Part shown: positions 37,571-49,678 of the stretch, one piece after another
Numbering within the stretch: the stretch's first letter is position 1
How the letters are laid out: each line of letters opens with the position of its first letter
Assembly: GCA_036785375.1 (NCBI GenBank)
Contig: JAWMAR010000351.1
Coordinates: 310,001-374,000 of the forward strand
DNA length: 64,000 nt
Origin: Leucoraja ocellata
Taxonomy: Eukaryota
Direction: 5' to 3'
Program-made: the position numbers and the translations under genes
The notes under the pieces: model-generated
Databases searched by the model: none
What the model was told of the DNA's origin: nothing
What the model saw: the letters and a program-made list of their open reading frames with translations, nothing else

Positions 37571-37669
37571 GATTTGAAAGCCAATGAATCTCGCTTGCAA
37601 GATATTAACAAGGTGGCAAATGATTTGGAGTCAGAGGGTCTGATGGTTGAAGAAGTACAAGTAGCTCAG
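37571..37669 (+). CDS. SPTAN1: SPTAN1 exon 25
   Basis: DLKANESRLQDINKVANDLESEGLMVEEVQVAQ; 99 nt. Confidence 0.94.
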
Positions 37670-37889
37670 GTAACGTAACATTCATCCACATCATCTCAGT
37701 AATAATTCAATGCCAAGCTAGATCAGTACTATACACAAACTCAACATTACTTGCTAAAATTGGGGGTTTTCATTTGGATGTCTAGGCAGTGCTCCTTGAT
37801 AACTCTGTGCTATTTTGTACAGCAGTTCCTTTTGGTTTATTTTGCCTTGTTTGTTCATTTGAGTATTGTTACTTAGCATGTTGGACATA

Positions 37890-38885
37890 AAAACATGAAC
37901 AGGAACAGGAGTGGGGCCTTGAGCCTGCTGCTCAATTTCGATCTGATCATGGCTGATCCAACTTTAGCCTTAACATCACTAATTTCTCTGCATAAGTTCA
38001 ATAGTCGTCAGTCTCCACCTAGAATGAATTTGGCGAGTCTGCCTCCACAACTCAATTATTCTATTTTTGTTCCTAAGTGACTCTTTTAATCCCTAGTAAT
38101 TTACTAATTCAACTATCCTTGTGTCATCAGCAAATGTGGCTAAACTTCACTCTGTCCCTTTAAGTTATCAATATAGATTGTTATAGTTGTGGCCTCAGCC
38201 CTGATCCTGTGGCAGCAGCTCACTAGTTACTGACTACTACTCTGAAAATGACCCTGTCATCCTGATTTGTTTTCTGGCCATTTCCTTGTCCATGCCAGTA
38301 TATTGCTCCAACTCCATGCTCTATTGTGCAATAATCTTTTATTTGGCATTGTCTAGAACTTACTGGAAATCCAGGTATACTACTGATACCCCTCCATCAT
38401 TCTGTTTGTTACATTCTCAAGTAACCCAAGCAGATTTATCAAACCTGATTTCTCATTCAATGTTTACTACTTGAAAGTCTTAGGATTTTCTAAATGTCCC
38501 GTGAACCTCCATGAGAATGGATATTTACCCAATTATAGATGTTATACTAACTGCCTGCTATTTCCTGCTTTGTTTCATTCTTGAATATGGGAATTATATT
38601 TGTGTTTTATCCAGTTATCTGGGATTCTATAATGGAAAGATTTGGTACATTTGCAACCGGAACAGCCACTTTAGGACCCTAGGATGCAGCCAATCAGATT
38701 CAGGGAACTTGTCATCTTTAATCTTTTTAAAGTAGATATTGACAGGTTCTTGATTAGTAAGGGTGTCAAAAGTTATGGAGAGAAGTCAGGAGAATAGGGT
38801 TTAGAGGGAAAGATAGATCAGCCATGATTGAAAGGTGATGTAGACTCGATGAGCTGAATGGCCTAATTCTGTTCCGAGGACTTGT
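37890..38885. mobile_element. mosaic of CR1 fragments (minus ~37890-38700, plus 3' end ~38715-38885)
   Basis: Minus: gtcatcagcaaat, ttatcaatataga. Plus: gacaggttcttgattagtaaggg...gatcagccatgattgaa...tggcctaattctg CR1 tail. Confidence 0.65.
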
Positions 38886-38917
38886 TAGATTGCCCAGTGC
38901 TCCTCTTCTAGTGATAA

Positions 38918-39015
38918 ATAGATACAAAATGCTGGAATAACTCAGCAGGTCAGGCAGTATCTCACGAGAACATGGATAGGTGATGCTTTGGGTCAGGACA
39001 CTTCTTCAGACTGAT
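38918..39015 (-). mobile_element. Penelope pLTR fragment with degenerate hammerhead motif
   Basis: Reverse complement cagtctgaagaagtgtcctgacccaaagcatcacc... Confidence 0.72.
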
Positions 39016-39484
39016 TTATTATTATTATTATTATTAGAAATATTTGTGTCTTCTGCTGTAAAGACAGGCCTAAAATAAATCTGAATTTCTGCCATTTCTC
39101 TTTTCCATTATTAATTCTCTAATATTGTCCTCCAATGACCCAATGTTAATTTTACCAACCATCCTTTTTTAATAGCTGGTGAACCAACTGCATTGATATA
39201 CTATTATTTGCTAGTTTATTCTCCTTCTATTTTCTCTCTCCTGTAAATTTAGTGATCTTTTCTGAAAATTTCCCACTTCTCTTTACAAAAGGGTATGCTT
39301 TTAATTTGATGTCAACCCCAACTCGCTTAGTTAGCCATAGATAATGCATTCTTCTTGTAAAGTCTTTCATTCTCACTGTAATATCCTTGGAGATTTATGA
39401 AATGCTTTTGCTGATCTACTGCCCACGTGCTACTACCATTTTATCTATTTATGTTTAGGACAAGCTGAACTTTGTAATTTCACC

Positions 39485-39800
39485 TTATTAATTAATTAAT
39501 TATTTTATTATTTATTTGGAACAGAATAAAAGAATAAAAAGCAAATGTGAAACAGCATACAAAAAAACAAAACAAGAATATTTATAAAGTGTCATAAACA
39601 ATATCTATAATTAAATGAAATCGTATGTGTCTGAAAAGGAGCAGGAAGAAGCCAAAGCTTATTAATTCCCACCCCTGATTCAACTGCTTGTAATTATCTT
39701 ATACAAATTTAGCAGCTATATGTACACCAGCCACTATATGTACACCAAATGATTTACATTTATACATTTATACCATATAATCTCTGTTTTCTTGAGATCT
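39485..39800 (-). mobile_element. 3' UTR-like end of an unclassified LINE
   Basis: A-rich block against the T-rich intron. The minus strand ends in aataaataataaaataattaattaa and contains ggcttcttcctgctccttttc. Confidence 0.4.
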
Positions 39801-40330
39801 TTAATTTTAAGTATGTGATTAGATTTGAGCTTCAAAACACTCCGAGACTTTCTATATTTGACCAGCACTGTGCTGACCCTCTTATTGGTGTCATCGTCAA
39901 GCTTGGTGATCAGTCTTGAATTTTCGTCTTGAATTCATTTTGGCTATATAAATAACAGCCCTAGCATTGATCTGTATTCCCTACTAATTCCAAATTTGGT
40001 CCTTCACTTCCTCTGGTTTAATCAATTTTAGTGCACCTCCCAATTGCCCTGATCACTGGTGCGCAATATAGCGAGAAATATTATTCTTTGTTTCCTGTTC
40101 GAAACTTTGTTTTAATTGGAATTCACGTTTTCTGTTTTGCTACCATTTGTGTCTTTCCTGAAATCCCTGGACTCCATTTGAGAAGGAAGCTTCAACACTG
40201 ATAAGCCATCTTAATCATGGGGTTTAAATTAAATATATTGATCACCCTCAGATCGGTCTATTGGATGGAGATTTGGAGTCTTGAGCCAGTTACATATTTG
40301 TGACTTTTCTGTTCCTTTTTCTTATTTCAG

Positions 40331-40369
40331 GAACAATCTGTTCTATCATCTGCTCCTGTGGTTGTTAAG
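40331..40369 (+). CDS. SPTAN1: SPTAN1 exon 26 (divergent mini-exon in CCC loop)
   Basis: Long polypyrimidine tract + ttcag|, 39 nt in frame EQSVLSSAPVVVK, strong donor AAG|gtaaga; occupies the position of the human EVYGMMPR exon. Confidence 0.75.
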
Positions 40370-41717
40370 GTAAGAATCCCAATATTTAAATGAGTTAATG
40401 GTATGAAGGGGAAATATCAATTGTTATCCTGTAAACAGTGGTTATCTTGGCTGTAAATTATAGCTGCACAGTTTTGGTCTATAGACTGATGTAAACAAGA
40501 GACATGAGCATTGAAATTCTTGTGCGTTGCAAGTTCTTTGGGTCATTGATTACCCTCTTTTTTTTTGGGGGGGGGGGGGGGGGTGTTCATAGTTTCCTTG
40601 CTGCAAACTTCAATTGCATGTGCAAAGACCAGGTATTGTCTGAAGCTGGCTTTGGAATAAAGGAATGGTGAGGTAGCCTGTGGAGATGGAGTGGGCAAGT
40701 CTATGTCCATGATTGGAACAGAATTGAAGCCTTGTACTGTCATAGGGAATTGTTATGGGGGGTGAATAAATGGTTAAAGATTGTGGAAGAGAAATAGGGA
40801 CAAGACTAGGTTCAGTGGAATGCAGGCGAGGAGACCGATGCTATGGCTTGTGGAGCAAGGGAATGGGGATCAAGATTTGGCCAGCAGTGGAGAGGGGAAT
40901 TTGGGATGGGTGCTGGGCAGTCAGAGAGGGTGTACTGCAGCCTTGGGATCTGGTAGTATTAAGACTTGGGGTTCATGTATATAGTTGGGGATATTTAGGA
41001 GTGGTGTAGTGGTCTGCACAATGTGGTGAGGAGGAACATGGAAAGCTGGGTAGAAAAGTTGAGGTAAATGTGGAACTTCATTGGAATTGGTCCTCATTCA
41101 GCAAAATAGAAAAAGGCCAAAAGCACTATGCAGTTTTGTGGTTTTCAAAAAGAAATGCAAACTGCTCTACTGCGTGTTTTGAGCATTGTTTTTTTTTTCT
41201 AATTTAAGACATTAAAATTGTGCGTTAATTTGCAGTTGTAATAATCATTTGTCAAGTCTTAATCGCAGTTTATAATCGGACTAGATTTTAGCTTGACAAT
41301 CTCCTGCTGGGTTTTATTCTCTTTTATTTTGGCATCTTTGCAATTTAAGGTGCATTTACAAGGGAGAAAAGTTGCTCTGGTGTGATTTTTCTTTTCAAAA
41401 TTTAATACGTTTCGACCAAAGTTTTATGGAGACAGAAAAGAAGAAAGTTACTATTTGTCTTGTCTATTTATCTTAAAACTGCAATACCGTGAATACTGCA
41501 TAAAAATAGTATTGAGAGGAATTTGACTGACGTAATTGCAAGGGAATCTCTGTGTAATTCCTATCTTGTTTAAATCCATATTGGGCATGAGCTGCATACA
41601 GTTTTGTGATTCATGCCATATTGATATATTGGCTGCATTGATTTGTATGCACGTGTATCTTACATTTTATTATCTGTATTTTCTCACTTAAAAAGCTTGT
41701 AATTTTTTTTCCCCTAG

Positions 41718-41753
41718 GATGAATCTGATTCAAAAACTGCATCGCCATGGAAG
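41718..41753 (+). CDS. SPTAN1: SPTAN1 exon 27 (caspase site)
   Basis: DESDSKTASPWK; 36 nt. Confidence 0.95.
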
Positions 41754-42214
41754 GTATGAATTTTCTTTTCATGGATCCTGCACTATTTTCCTGAAAAGCT
41801 ACCTGATTTGTGCAATTCTTTCATTTTCCAAAAGGTATAATTCCATCTGATAACACCACTTGTGATTTGGTCTCTTTCAAGACCCTCTCAACTCTGCCCT
41901 CGGTCTAGGCCACTGTTATACAGTAACTGGAAACAAAATAGTGGATAACTTTATTCTTTGTACTGGTCTTTAAAAGTTGTACATTGGTAGCTTTTCCTGT
42001 TGCTTAATTTATACTGGTATGAACGGCAAAGTCTGAAATACTGATGAATCCCATTTTGACATCAGCTGCAGCTTGCTGGCAATCAGTCTATTCCTTTAGG
42101 ATAACATTGTTGTGTCAAATTAAACATTTCTGATTGTAGCTTGACAGGATTTTCTTCAGCCTTGTTCTCACTAATTTTCATTATCATGGCTACATAACTG
42201 GCTGTTATTTGAAA

Positions 42215-42840
42215 GCAGAGGGTGATGGTGGAAGGTTGTTTTTATTGTTATTGTTTGTCATCTATATCAATAATTTGAATAAGAATGTACAAGGCATAGT
42301 TAGTAAGTTTGCAGATGACACTAAAGTAAGTGGTATCCGAGACGATGAAGAAGTCTATCAAGAATTACCATGGGATCTTGATTAACTGGGTTAGTTGGCT
42401 GTAAAATGTCAGATATCTTTCCATTCGGATAAATGCAACATGTTGCATTCCGTGAAATTAAACCAGCGGCGGACTTTTGCATGAATGGTAGTGCCCTGAG
42501 AAATGTTATAGGCATAGATGTACAAGTACCCAGTTCCCTGAAAGTGATGTAACAGGTGGGCAAGGTGGTGCAGAAAGGTTTTGGCATGCTGGCCTTAATC
42601 AATAAGAGCATTGGGTATAGAAGTTAGGATATTATGCTGCTGTTGTACAAGACATTGATGAGGCCACACTTATGATTGAGGCATGTACAATGACAACATT
42701 GAAAGAACATTTGGACAGTTACTTGGATAGGAAAGGTTTAGTAGGATATAGGTCAAACAAAGGAAAATGGGACTAGCATTGTGGGGCATCTTGGTTGGCA
42801 TAGATTAATTGGGTCAGTGTCCTGTTTCCTTTACTCTGTA
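42215..42840 (+). mobile_element. CR1 LINE fragment with internal deletions
   Basis: IYINNL...SKFADDTK (agtaagtttgcagatgacactaaa) and CR1 tail. Confidence 0.82.
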
Positions 42841-43370
42841 GAGGGTTGCCAATGTGTAATTTCCGGAAGATGTCAAGGAACACCTGATGACTAAACACCA
42901 AGTCACAGCTTGCAGTAATGTAAACTTAAGCAAACTGGAATATTTTTATTTGCTTCCAAGATAAAATTAAGAAACTGTTAACTGGTTTTGCAAAACCAAA
43001 ACTTTGAAGCGCTTTTATTTGTGGAAGAGCTCGCATCTTTCATTATTCTCATCTCATCATTATACTTGTCTGTACCTTTTTAACCTGGTGTTTGTGAATC
43101 TTAATTCATTGTAACTTTGGCCTGGGAATGCTTTATTAATTGTTGATATGGACGAGTTAATGGTGCGGGGTGTAACCTGCATTTCCCATTCTGCACTTTC
43201 TCATGCAGTCCATCGAAAATGAATTCTAAATGAATAGCTGTTGATGTTGGTCTCTTGCATGCCATGGTGGTTCTAAATAGGGATATTTCTAATTTTAACA
43301 TTTCTCTTCACTAACTGATGGATCGTGACTGATTTGGTTTTCCGCTGCTGTGACTCATCGTTGTAATTAG

Positions 43371-43418
43371 TCTGCGCGACTGATGATACAAGCGGTGACT
43401 AACTTTAATGCCATCAAG
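43371..43418 (+). CDS. SPTAN1: SPTAN1 exon 28 (calmodulin-binding segment)
   Basis: SARLMIQAVTNFNAIK; 48 nt; donor AAG|gtaaga. Confidence 0.93.
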
Positions 43419-43737
43419 GTAAGAACTGATGGAGCTTCTGCTTTCTGTCACTGCCTCTACTGCGTATTTCTCAAGACTTTTGTATTTTGCTCATTTGTTG
43501 AAGTGCCCGGTTGAACTGTCAGTTGGTTATTGTCACATGTGGCCCAGTTCTCATTCTTCATCCGTACTTGTTAATAAACCAGTTTTGCTATGAATAATAG
43601 TGAGGTAGTGTTCTGGTATTATAAGTTACCCCTTTGCATCAATTTATGATTTTTCTGTGCATGCATATGTATTTTGCAACATGATAGAGAAGTAGCTGCA
43701 CTGCAAGGGTAGAGATGGTGAGAAGATGAAGATTTGA

Positions 43738-44340
43738 GTAGGGGAGGTTCTACTGCAGTTGTACAGGGTCTTGATGAGACCACACCTGGAGTATTGCGTA
43801 CAGTTTTGGTCTCCTAATCTGAGGAAAGACATTCTTGCCATAGAGGGAGTACAGAGAAGGTTCACCAGACTGATTCCTGGGATGGCAGGACTTTCATATC
43901 AAGAAAGACTGGATAGACTCGGCTTGTACTCGCTAGAATTTAGAAGATTGAGGGGGAATCTTATAGAAACTTACAAAATTTTTAAGGGGTTGGACAGGCT
44001 AGAATGCAGGAAGATTGTTCCCGATGTTGGGGAAGTCCAGAACAAGGGGTCACAGTTTAAGGATAAGGGGGAAGTCTTTTAGGACCGAGATGAGAAAAAC
44101 ATTTTTCACACAGAGAGTGGTGAATCTGTGGAATTCTCTGCCACAGAAGGTAGTTGAGGCCAGTTCATTGGCTATATTTAAGAGGGAGTTAGATGTGGCC
44201 CTTGTGGCTAAAGGGGGTATGGAGAGAAGGCAGGTACTGGATACTGAGTTGGATGATCAGCCATGATCATATTGAATGACGGTGCAGGCGCGACGGGCCG
44301 AATGGCCTACTTCTGCACCTATTTTCTATGTTTCTATCTA
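43738..44340 (+). mobile_element. young 5'-truncated CR1 (HER1-like) LINE
   Basis: LYRVLMRPHLEYCVQFWSP...LERRRLRG-type C-terminus and RTRGHSLRI...FFTQRVVNLWNSLP (one frameshift ~44005), 3' tail ctattttctatgtttctat. Confidence 0.93.
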
Positions 44341-44494
44341 GCAGAAATTAAATTTTAATAAATCAAGTAACTCAATTTAGATGATACTTGAACTACATTG
44401 TTAAAATATAACTGATAAAATAATTGAAAGGATTACATTTACAGTGATATGTCTGTGTGGATTTTATTGATTTGTACCTTTCCATTATTGTCAG

Positions 44495-44586
44495 GAACTG
44501 AATGAACAATGGAAGTCCCTACAACAGCTGGCTGAGGAACGCAGCCAGGTCTTGGGAAGTGCACACGAGGTACAGAGATTCCACAG
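44495..44586 (+). CDS. SPTAN1: SPTAN1 exon 29
   Basis: ELNEQWKSLQQLAEERSQVLGSAHEVQRFHR; 92 nt. Confidence 0.96.
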
Positions 44587-44769
44587 GTGAGTAGCTGTGT
44601 TAGATTAAAATAAATGAAATGCAGGAAATAAATGGGTTTTGGTGAATTAACTTTATTTAATTGCAAAAGTATTTATAATTAAATAATTGAGTAAGATTGA
44701 CTTGATAGTTTTTTCTGTGCAAGTAAATCATTAATAATGGTTTAAAATACTTGTATTGATATTGTGCAG

Positions 44770-44914
44770 AGATGCTGATGAAACCAAGGAATGGATCGAA
44801 GAGAAAAATCAAGCTTTGAACACTGATAATTATGGACATGACCTTGCAAGTGTTCAGGCCCTGCAGCGCAAACACGAGGGATTTGAACGGGACCTTGCTG
44901 CTCTGGGAGATAAA
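44770..44914 (+). CDS. SPTAN1: SPTAN1 exon 30
   Basis: [25 protein letters not shown]...LGDK; 145 nt. Confidence 0.96.
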
Positions 44915-45274
44915 GTGAGCTGGAATTTTGGAATTTTGGTCTGTATTAAATGTCCTAGTTTAAATTCTTTCTGAAAATGGTCTGTTACTTCCATAGTAAA
45001 TAGCAGGCTTGTTTTTGTAAATGTCTGATTTGACTGAATCTCCAGGATGCATTTTAAAGAGAGAAATCATTATCTCCACCCTAAAGCAGCAGTACAAATT
45101 CAACGTTATTTTTTCTAAAATCAGAATTGAACTGAATACATAGAAATTAGGTGTATCCTAATTCATACTGGAACAGAGATTTAGCCTAATGCATCAAATG
45201 CTGGTCCAAAATTTATTTTTGTGTGTTTTCCAGTGGGATTTGTTACCTGACCGAATTTTAATTGTTGAATGCAG

Positions 45275-45456
45275 GTGAATTCTCTGGGAGAAACTGCAAA
45301 CCGATTGATTCAATCTCATCCTGAGTCAGTTGAGGATGTCCAAGAAAAATGCACAGAACTGAATCAGGCCTGGACTAACCTGGTGGAGCGTGCTGACCAG
45401 CGTAAAGGAAAATTGAACGATTCTCATGACTTACAGCGTTTCTTGAGTGATTTCAG
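45275..45456 (+). CDS. SPTAN1: SPTAN1 exon 31
   Basis: VNSLGETANRLIQSHPES...RFLSDFR; 182 nt. Confidence 0.96.
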
Positions 45457-45559
45457 GTAACATGGCAACTCTAGACTTTCTTGTAAAGTGCATGTTGGTG
45501 GCTATTTTGTTACATGTTGTCACTGCACAGATATATAACTGGAACACCAACCTGCATTG

Positions 45560-45850
45560 TTGATAGAACAGTACAGTATAGGAACAGGCCATTTGGCCCA
45601 CTACGTCCCTGCTAAATATGATACCTAATTAAACTAATTTCCTCTGACCTGGTGTGTGTTCCAACTATGAGTTTAAAAAAAATACTTGCCCTGCACATCT
45701 CCTTTAAACTTTGCCCCTATCTTTGTCCTCTAGTCTTTGACATTCCGATACAAGAAAAAATGATGTGTCTCATAATTTTATATACTCCGGTCAGGTTTCC
45801 CATCTGCCTCCAACGCTTCAGAGAAAACAAACTATAAGTTTGTCCAAACT
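45560..45850 (-). mobile_element. CR1 LINE 3' fragment
   Basis: Minus ORF YSLFSLKRWRQMGNLTGVYKIM...SKTRG. Confidence 0.75.
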
Positions 45851-45877
45851 CTCTTTGGAGCTTTAAAAAAGCAAGCC

Positions 45878-45962
45878 TTAAAATGCCGGAGTAACTCAAC
45901 GGATCAGGCAGCGTTTCTGGAGGATGTGGTTTGATGATGTTTTATGTCGGGACCCTTCTCTG
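45878..45962 (-). mobile_element. Penelope pLTR fragment
   Basis: ggagtaactcaacggatcaggcagc...gtcgggacccttct. Confidence 0.65.
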
Positions 45963-46579
45963 CAATTTCTCCAATTTCTGTTCCCCTCGAGGCACTTGAA
46001 AATCTCACTCACATTAGCCTCAACCTTGTACATTTGAGAGAATATGAACCAAGTTTGTGTAATTTTGCATAATTTAAACTTTAAAATCTATGTTGTATTC
46101 TGGTAAATCTTTGTCTTTCCTCCAATGCTTGTATGCATTACTTAAAACTTGGTACTGCTCACAGTGTTCAAGAAACTTGGACCTGGTATATCTGAAGCAT
46201 TATTTCACAGTGTGGAAATAATCCTATACTAAGACCATGTTATTTTTCCCACCTTGCTCTCAACTCTTCCTATAGTCTACCGTTAGGAACACACAATAGC
46301 ACAGGGAAAATGTGCAAACTCCAGGTCGCAAAGAAGGTCACGATTGGACCCAGGTGGCTAGAGTTGAGGCTGCAGATGTAGCTGAGCCACTGCTAATATT
46401 TTTCTCTTTACATTGGAAGTGATAATGATGTTGTCATTTCTAGTTGGCATTTCCCATACTAGAACCCTACAACAAACTCAAACTGCCTCCTTGAATAAGA
46501 ATTGTAAAACATTCACATTTACTTTGAAGAAAGAGCTGTTAGAGGTTATGGTTAACCCAACCAATTACTGTTTTCACAG

Positions 46580-46679
46580 GGATCTTATGTCCTGGATCAA
46601 TGGAATCCGAGGATTGGTGTCTTCTGAGGAACTTGCCAAGGATGTAACAGGAGCAGAGGCCCTTTTGGAACGACACCAG
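46580..46679 (+). CDS. SPTAN1: SPTAN1 exon 32
   Basis: [33 protein letters not shown]; 100 nt. Confidence 0.96.
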
Positions 46680-47100
46680 GTGATTAAAAATCTAAACTGA
46701 TTCTTTTCCCAAAGTTGTGATGGATGATCATTGGAAATTGTCTGCTGGATTAATTTACCAAAGTTCCATTGCTTGAGTAAGGAACAGTACCAGAAAGTAT
46801 TGCAATTTTCACACTCTTAACATCTTAAAGTGGGGCACTTTCTCTCTGGAAAGAAAAGTGTTTATTTTTTTTAAACTATTTTACTAACTACAACAATCTT
46901 CTGATAAATACATCAATGTGTTTTGCTACTATTTCCGATTCCAATGCTTTTTATTTTAGCAGAATAGAAAATCTGTGATTTCATGGTGTGTGTGCAGGAA
47001 TGCTGATTGAGGAATGACAAACTATGAAACAATCTTCTTCAGGTAATACTGCTCTTAACTGTGTTTTATTTCTCTCACTCTTGCCCTTGGGACGCTACAG

Positions 47101-47298
47101 GAACACCGTACTGAGATTGATGCCAGGGCAGGCACATTCCAGGCATTTGAACAGTTCGGACATCAGCTCTTGGCTCGTGGGCACTATGCTTGTCCTGAAA
47201 TTAGGGAGAAACTGGATATCCTGGAGCATGAGCGTGCAGATTTGGAGAAAGCCTGGATCCAGCGCAGAATGATGTTGGATCAGTGTCTGGAGTTGCAG
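47101..47298 (+). CDS. SPTAN1: SPTAN1 exon 33
   Basis: EHRTEIDARAGTFQAFEQFG...DQCLELQ; 198 nt. Confidence 0.96.
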
Positions 47299-47517
47299 GT
47301 AATTAGACCACATTATGTTTTAAAGTAATTACCTGTATAGTTGATAGACTAAATGTGGAAGGGAGGTTTGTTACTGTGGTTAAGATCTCAGTTGAAATGT
47401 ATTAATTTTGTTAGTTAAAACTACAAAAGTAAATATTTTCTCGTAGATTTAGAACAAGGTGTAATCAATTACAGTTACAGTTACAATTGCACTTACAGTT
47501 TTTTTCTCCTTTTGCAG

Positions 47518-47664
47518 CTGTTTAACCGTGACTGTGAGCAAGCTGAGAATTGGATGGCAGCACGTGAGGCATTCTTAGCCAGTGACGACAAAGGTGATTC
47601 CCTGGACAGTGTGGAAGCCCTCATCAAGAAACATGAAGATTTTGATAAAGCTATTACTGTGCAG
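47518..47664 (+). CDS. SPTAN1: SPTAN1 exon 34
   Basis: [19 protein letters not shown]...KAITVQ; 147 nt. Confidence 0.96.
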
Positions 47665-47699
47665 GTAATTTGGGGAAACAAATCTGATGCAGTATGACA

Positions 47700-48110
47700 A
47701 TTTATAGAAAAAGTGTACAGGGCGAGATTGAGTAGATTGAGCCTGTTTTCTCCAGAGTTTAAAAGAATGAGAGGTAATATCATTAAGTCTTGAATCCACC
47801 GTGGCAGCCTCAGACTAAAGCGTCAAGTACCAGGAGTCATTGTCGCACAATAAGGGGTAGGCCACATGGTGCTGTGTTGAGGAGGAATGTCTTTGTTTAG
47901 CGTGTGATGAATCTTTAGAATTCTCTGGTACAGAGAATTGTGCAGGCTCAACTGTTGAGTTTTAAAACTGAAATTAATAATAATATTTCTGGATATTAAG
48001 AAAATCAAGGCAAACAATGAAATAGTGCAAGAAAATTGAGCTGAGGAAGGAGGTCACGCACATAATAAATGGCAGAATTTTTGCGACAGGTTATGTGGCC
48101 TACTCCTGCA
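47700..48110 (+). mobile_element. CR1 LINE 3' fragment
   Basis: tacagggcgagattgagtagattgagcctgttttctccagagtttaaaagaatgagaggt; tail tggcctactcctgca. Confidence 0.7.
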
Positions 48111-48214
48111 TTTTTGGTATATAATTGAATAATGTACAAGTAGGCATGTCACATTTAATCATGAAAAATGCGAAGACACTTCGAGTGGGCAGATATTAAA
48201 AGATGTTTAAAAGA

Positions 48215-48520
48215 ATAGTGGCATAGCGGTAGAGTTGCCGCCTTAGTGCTTGCAGTGCCAGTGACCCATGCTCGATCCTGACTATGGGTGCTGTCTGTAC
48301 GGAGTTTGTACGTTTTCCCCGTGACCTCGTGGGTTTTCTCCGAGACCTTCGGTTTCTTCCCACACTCCAAATTTGTAGGTTAATTGACTTGGTATAAGTG
48401 TAAATTGTCCCGAGTGTGTAGGATAATGTTAATGTGCGAGGGTTGCTGGTTGGTGCGGACTCGGTGGGTCGAAGGGCCTATTTCTGCGCTGTATCTCTGA
48501 ACTAAAAAAATGAAACTAAA
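48215..48520 (+). mobile_element. V-SINE (HE1-like), well preserved
   Basis: tggcatagcggtagagttgc (A box), gctcgatcc (B box), V-domain, tail gggtcgaagggcctatttctgcgctgtatctctgaactaaa. Confidence 0.85.
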
Positions 48521-49258
48521 GTAAGATCATTTGAGAATGAAGAGAGAAATAAAGTAAGGTAGAGCCGTTTGGAAGAGAATTCCAGTGTGCACTGGCATAA
48601 ATGCTGGAAGTTGGGCAACTAGAATTTTATATGATGTAGAAAAGAAGTTAATTTTCTGGTTCTGGTAATCACTAAGAATTTTCTAGATAGAAACATATTT
48701 CTGTCTCGGGGGATTTCAGCCATTTTGATTTGGGCAAACTTTACCTACTTAACAATACAGTGACATCCAGTGGCTAGAACGGGATATTTCAACATAATTG
48801 ATCTTCAATAAGGATTGTTCTGTTCTTGATTATTCTTTCAGCATACCTCCTTCATTAAGAACTATTTACATATTTAGCATGAAGCCTTGTTGATTGCATT
48901 CTGCAGCTGCTAAAAGATTTAGATATTGTATGTAAAATTTCAGTCACTAAGGCGTAAAATTCAAATTGCCTGGCTCAAAGTAAAAAAAATACGTGGAGCT
49001 ATGATGCTTGGGCTACTTGAATTCCAAGGGAAAAGGTCGTGGTTAATTGCCAGAAAATACAAAATGCAGTCCATATTCGATGTAAATGTTGTGACATTTT
49101 TATTACCAAAGTAGTAAAGTACTAAATACCAAGATGGCATTCTTTGACAACCCTGCAAACACTGATCAATAGAACATAGCCATGTGTAAATCTGAACAAG
49201 CTTTGGGTTGGCAGCTGCCATCAATGTGGCTCATGTTTGCATTCTCTACTTGTGATAG

Positions 49259-49362
49259 GAGGAGAAAATTGCAGCACTGCAAGCTTTTGCTGACCAGCTG
49301 ATCGGTTCAGAACATTATGCAAAGGGAGATATTTCAAAACGTCGCAATGAGGTATTAGATAG
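49259..49362 (+). CDS. SPTAN1: SPTAN1 exon 35
   Basis: EEKIAALQAFADQLIGSEHYAKGDISKRRNEVLDR; 104 nt. Confidence 0.96.
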
Positions 49363-49478
49363 GTGAGTGATTTAGTGTACAAGATATTGATTTAACCAAT
49401 TTTTGATGTTTCTGGTCAAAGAAGTTTGATTTTTTTTAACTCAACATTTATTGACATAACAAAATACACATACAGACA

Positions 49479-49678
49479 AAACAAAGAAACACACAAAAGA
49501 CAGTCGCAAAATGACAAAATACAAATCACCTAACCTCTATTAGCATCGCATCAAATCCTCTTAACATTCTATCATAAAAGCATCTTAGAATGTTAAGAGG
49601 ATTTGATGCGATGCTAATAGAGGTTGGGTGATTTGTATTTTGTCATTTTGCGACTGTCTTTTGTGTGTTTCTTTGTTT
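49479..49678. repeat. 93-bp-arm hairpin (49479-49571 / 49586-49678), 14-nt loop
   Basis: Arms are reverse complements with a single T/G mismatch. Confidence 0.95.

Noticed and set aside
43759-44266. 107-aa and 83-aa ORFs as a nested gene
   Set aside because: They are the frameshifted C-terminus of a 5'-truncated CR1 ORF2.
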